Assembly (NCBI GenBank): GCA_964016885.1
Contig: OZ024761.1
Coordinates: forward strand, 27,218,001-27,282,000
Direction: 5' to 3'
Source: Eledone cirrhosa
Taxonomy: Eukaryota
Length of the DNA: 64,000 nt
Part shown: positions 60,784-64,000 of the stretch, one piece after another
How the letters are laid out: every line of letters begins with the position of its first letter
Numbering within the stretch: position 1 is the stretch's first letter
Notes under the pieces: generated by a model
The model's input: the letters and a program-made list of their open reading frames with translations, nothing else
Database searches by the model: none
Told to the model about the DNA's origin: nothing
Program-made: the position numbers and the translations under genes

Positions 60784-61034
60784 AAAGAGTTAACAACCCT
60801 GTCATTGATACTGTACTCTACTGCATTAAAAGGGATAGCCTTAGAGATATTGTTGATGTGTGATGTTACATTGACCGCCGGGGCCCTCTTTACAACTAAG
60901 TTTATTAAAATATGTTTTTCTCCTTTCAGCATATCACATTGAGCAGCCAACATTGAACGGACTTCTCTTCTGTGATCATCCTGAATCAACTGGAAAAGGA
61001 ACTGAAATACAATTCAAGTTTGAATATGTATGGA

Positions 61035-61300
61035 CACACGGCGTGTTTTGGGCATCTTAAAACCCGGTGGAGCCCACCCCTCTCCATGTCTGAACACAGC
61101 CGATTTTTTTCAAAGGAGGGTGAGAGATAGAGATAGGAAGTGAAAAAGAGATATAAAGAACTATTAACCACAGTAGTTGACTGTAACCTTTTTTTTTTAT
61201 CCACCTCTAAATAATATGAACTCAGGGCGCAGAGAGCCGGAACAAATACTGTAAAAGTATTTTGTCAGACGTTCAAACAACTCTGCCAATTCGCCGCCTA
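61035..61300 (-). mobile_element. Tail-X SINE, decayed
   Basis: Matches 17870-18162. Confidence 0.7.
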
Positions 61301-62334
61301 ACTTGGAATATATTCATTTGAAATATGGGAAAATGAAGATTTTTCAGTAAGTACGCAAAATCTTTTAACTTTTAAACCTTCTGTATTGAATGCACAAATA
61401 ACCTTTCTTGTTCATATTGCACATTCTGACATATAATTTTGAAGGAATTTATCCGGTAAAAAATCAAAAAAAATCTATGATAAATGTGGATCGTTGTGTA
61501 ATTTCTCAACAGAAGTTGCAGGACATAAATATATTTCTGAATGAATTAATCTACATAATAACATAAAAAAAAAAAATAATAATAATAAAAAAAGATATCA
61601 ACCTGACAAAAATCACTTTCATTCACAAAAAAGTACATTTTATCAAGTCGACTGAGTTTTATCAAATCTTTCCTGCCTATTATGCTACATCAAAACAACT
61701 CTTTCCTTTGATATTAACTTCCATCTTGTCTTATATTTGAAAATATTTTCATTTTTGTGAGGATTTTCCCTGGTTTTACTTCACTAAATAACAAAAAAAA
61801 AAAAAAAAAAAATGATAACTAGAAAACAAAAACAACAGCTGTAACAACAACAACAATACAACAACAGCAACAACAACACAACACAACATAACATAACAAC
61901 AACAACAACACAATATAAACCGTGAAATGGTAAATGCAGAGTTAATCTTTGCCTCTTCCTTTATATATGAAATAAAAAATTCAGTAAATTTTATTTTATG
62001 CAAGAAAAAGGAGAAAAAGACTGCTGCGTTGTTGATGATTGGTGGATATGGTGGGTGGTTGTGTTAGGTGGTTGTGTGGGTGGTTGTGTGGGTGGTTGTG
62101 TGGATGGCTGTGGGTGGTTGTAACGATGGTTGTGGGAATGGTTGTGTGAGTGTGGGAATGGTTGTGGGGATGGTTGTGTCTGTGGGTGTATAAGTGGTGA
62201 TGTAATGATGGTTGTGTGGGAGGTTGTTGAGATGGTTATGTTGGTGGGTATGGGGATGGTTGTGTGAGTGGTGATGTAACGATGGTTGTGTGAGTGAGTG
62301 TGTTGGTGGTTGTAGTGATGTTGTTTGGATGGTT

Positions 62335-63215
62335 GTAACGATGGTTGTGAGGGTAGTTGTTGTGATGTTGTAACGATGGTTGTGAGGGTGGTTGTTGTGA
62401 TGTAACGATGGTTGTGAGGGTGGTTGTAGTGATGTTGTAACGATGGTTGTGAGGGTGGTTGTTGTGATGTTGTAACGATGGTTGTGAGGGTGGTTGTTGT
62501 GATGTTGTAACGATGGTTGTGAGGGTGGTTGTTGTGATGTTGTAACGATGGTTGTGAGGGTGGTTGTAGTGATGTTGTAACGATGGTTGTGAGGGTGGTT
62601 GTTGTGATGTTGTAACGATGGTTGTGAGGGTGGTTGTTGTGATGTTGTAACGATGGTTGTGAGGGTGGTTGTTGTGATGTTGTAACGATGGTTGTGAGGG
62701 TGGTTGTAGTGATGTTGTAACGATGGTTGTGAGGGTGGTTGTAGTGATGTTGTAACGATGGTTGTGAGGGTGGTTGTTGTGATGTTGTAACGATGGTTGT
62801 GAGGGTGGTTGTTGTGATGTTGTAACGATGGTTGTGAGGGTGGTTGTTGTGATGTTGTAACGATGGTTGTGAGGGTGGTTGTAGTGATGTTGTAACGATG
62901 GTTGTGAGGGTGGTTGTAGTGATGTTGTAACGATGGTTGTGAGGATGGTTGAGAGTGATGTTGTAACGATGGTTGTGAGGGTGGTTGTTGTGATGTTGTA
63001 ACGATGGTTGTGAGGGTGGTTGTTGTGATGTTGTAACGATGGTTGTGAGGGTGGTTGTAGTGATGTTGTAACGATGGTTGTGAGGGTGGTTGTTGTGATG
63101 TTGTAACGATGGTTGTGAGGGTGGTTGTTGTGATGCTGTAACGATGGTTGTGAGGGTGGTGGTTGTGATTTAACGATGGTTGTGAGGGTGGTTGTAGTGA
63201 TGTTGTAACGATGGT
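62335..63215. repeat. 35-bp GT-rich minisatellite, about 25 copies
   Basis: Unit GATGTTGTAACGATGGTTGTGAGGGTGGTTGT(T/A)GT, with degenerate margins from 62040 to 63265. Confidence 0.95.
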
Positions 63216-63448
63216 TGTTGTGTAACGATTGGTTGTTGTGCGGTTGTAACGATGGTTGTGAGGATATTTGCATGAATTTAGAAAAAGACGCATAAGAACA
63301 GCAAAGATATGGGATATCTAGATACTAATTGGTTCAAATATATGTATATACAATGTATGTATGATATCTATTCAACGTATCTACCGTTAGCTTCAATACG
63401 GGGTCTGAAGCGTTAGGATACCCGAATTAGATGACCTCTATTTCTGCT

Positions 63449-64000
63449 GGACATTGTGCTGGTAATGGTAGACTTGAGAGATTTTATAGTGTTGTCAGGG
63501 TGATAATTGACCTCTCTTTCAACTACGTTTCATACGTAATAGTCCAGGGGATTGAGGTCTCGTGAGCCAGGAAACCATGTGTCAGGAAGAGCATGGTCAT
63601 GGAGATTGTCATGCATCCGTGCTTGTGTCGTTTTGGCCTTATGAGAGGGCACAGAGTCTTGTTGGTAGACGAACGGTCTTCCATTGCTTACTCTGACTAT
63701 ACAGGGCTCCACAATATTGACATCAACAACTCTTTGTATAGAGTAGCGTTGTCTTTTAATTCTTGAGAAAACAACGAGGAGGCATGACATCTCTGTCGTT
63801 GCTGACAACACCCAGAACTATCATAGTAGCTGGAAATTTGGTGTTCATGACCGTTGGAACCTAATTTGGGTCTCTGCATAGCCATCTATCGTTCCTTCGG
63901 TTTACCTTTTGGTCCTGATCAAAGTTTTTCTCATCAGAAAAGAACCAAAGCATTCAAACTTCTTGCTGTTTCATCTAACTTAATAAGCACTTTGCACGGA
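63449..64000 (-). mobile_element. DD37D-type Tc1/mariner transposase relic
   Basis: GRPFVYQQDSVPSHKAKTTQARMHDNLHDHALPDTWFPGSRDLNPLDYYV. Upstream CFGSFLMRK/FDQDQK region is frameshifted. Confidence 0.85.

Noticed and set aside
62064-63293. 409-aa and 345-aa His/Thr/Gln-rich ORFs
   Set aside because: They are a by-product of a 35-bp tandem repeat cycling through frames.

Overview
Very AT-rich eukaryotic (animal) genomic DNA that looks intergenic or intronic. I found no intact protein-coding gene. Almost all ORFs in the supplied track are translations of (AT)n, (CA)n, (TATG)n and GGT/CCA microsatellites. The dominant tRNA-derived SINE and the extreme microsatellite load look like an octopus/cephalopod genome; this is recognition from memory, not a database match. 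Recognisable content: more than 20 SINE copies; RTE, CR1-like and R4/Dong-like LINE relics; mariner, DD37D, hAT and Helitron relics; 71-bp and 35-bp minisatellites; and two 5'-truncated Penelope-like (GIY-YIG, Naiad-type) retroelements with long inverted terminal repeats. The most striking unannotated layer is about 25 type I hammerhead-ribozyme-like motifs from roughly 10 sequence families. Several have non-canonical but geometrically coherent cores (U3-A8 swap, CAGAAGA, U-U or extra base at the base of stem II). Most lie in short islands inside (AT)n tracts, very often as head-to-head foldback palindromes. One island (33.8-34.5 kb) is a retrozyme-like direct repeat with two hammerheads 488 nt apart. 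All structures and coordinates were read by eye and may be off by a few bases.
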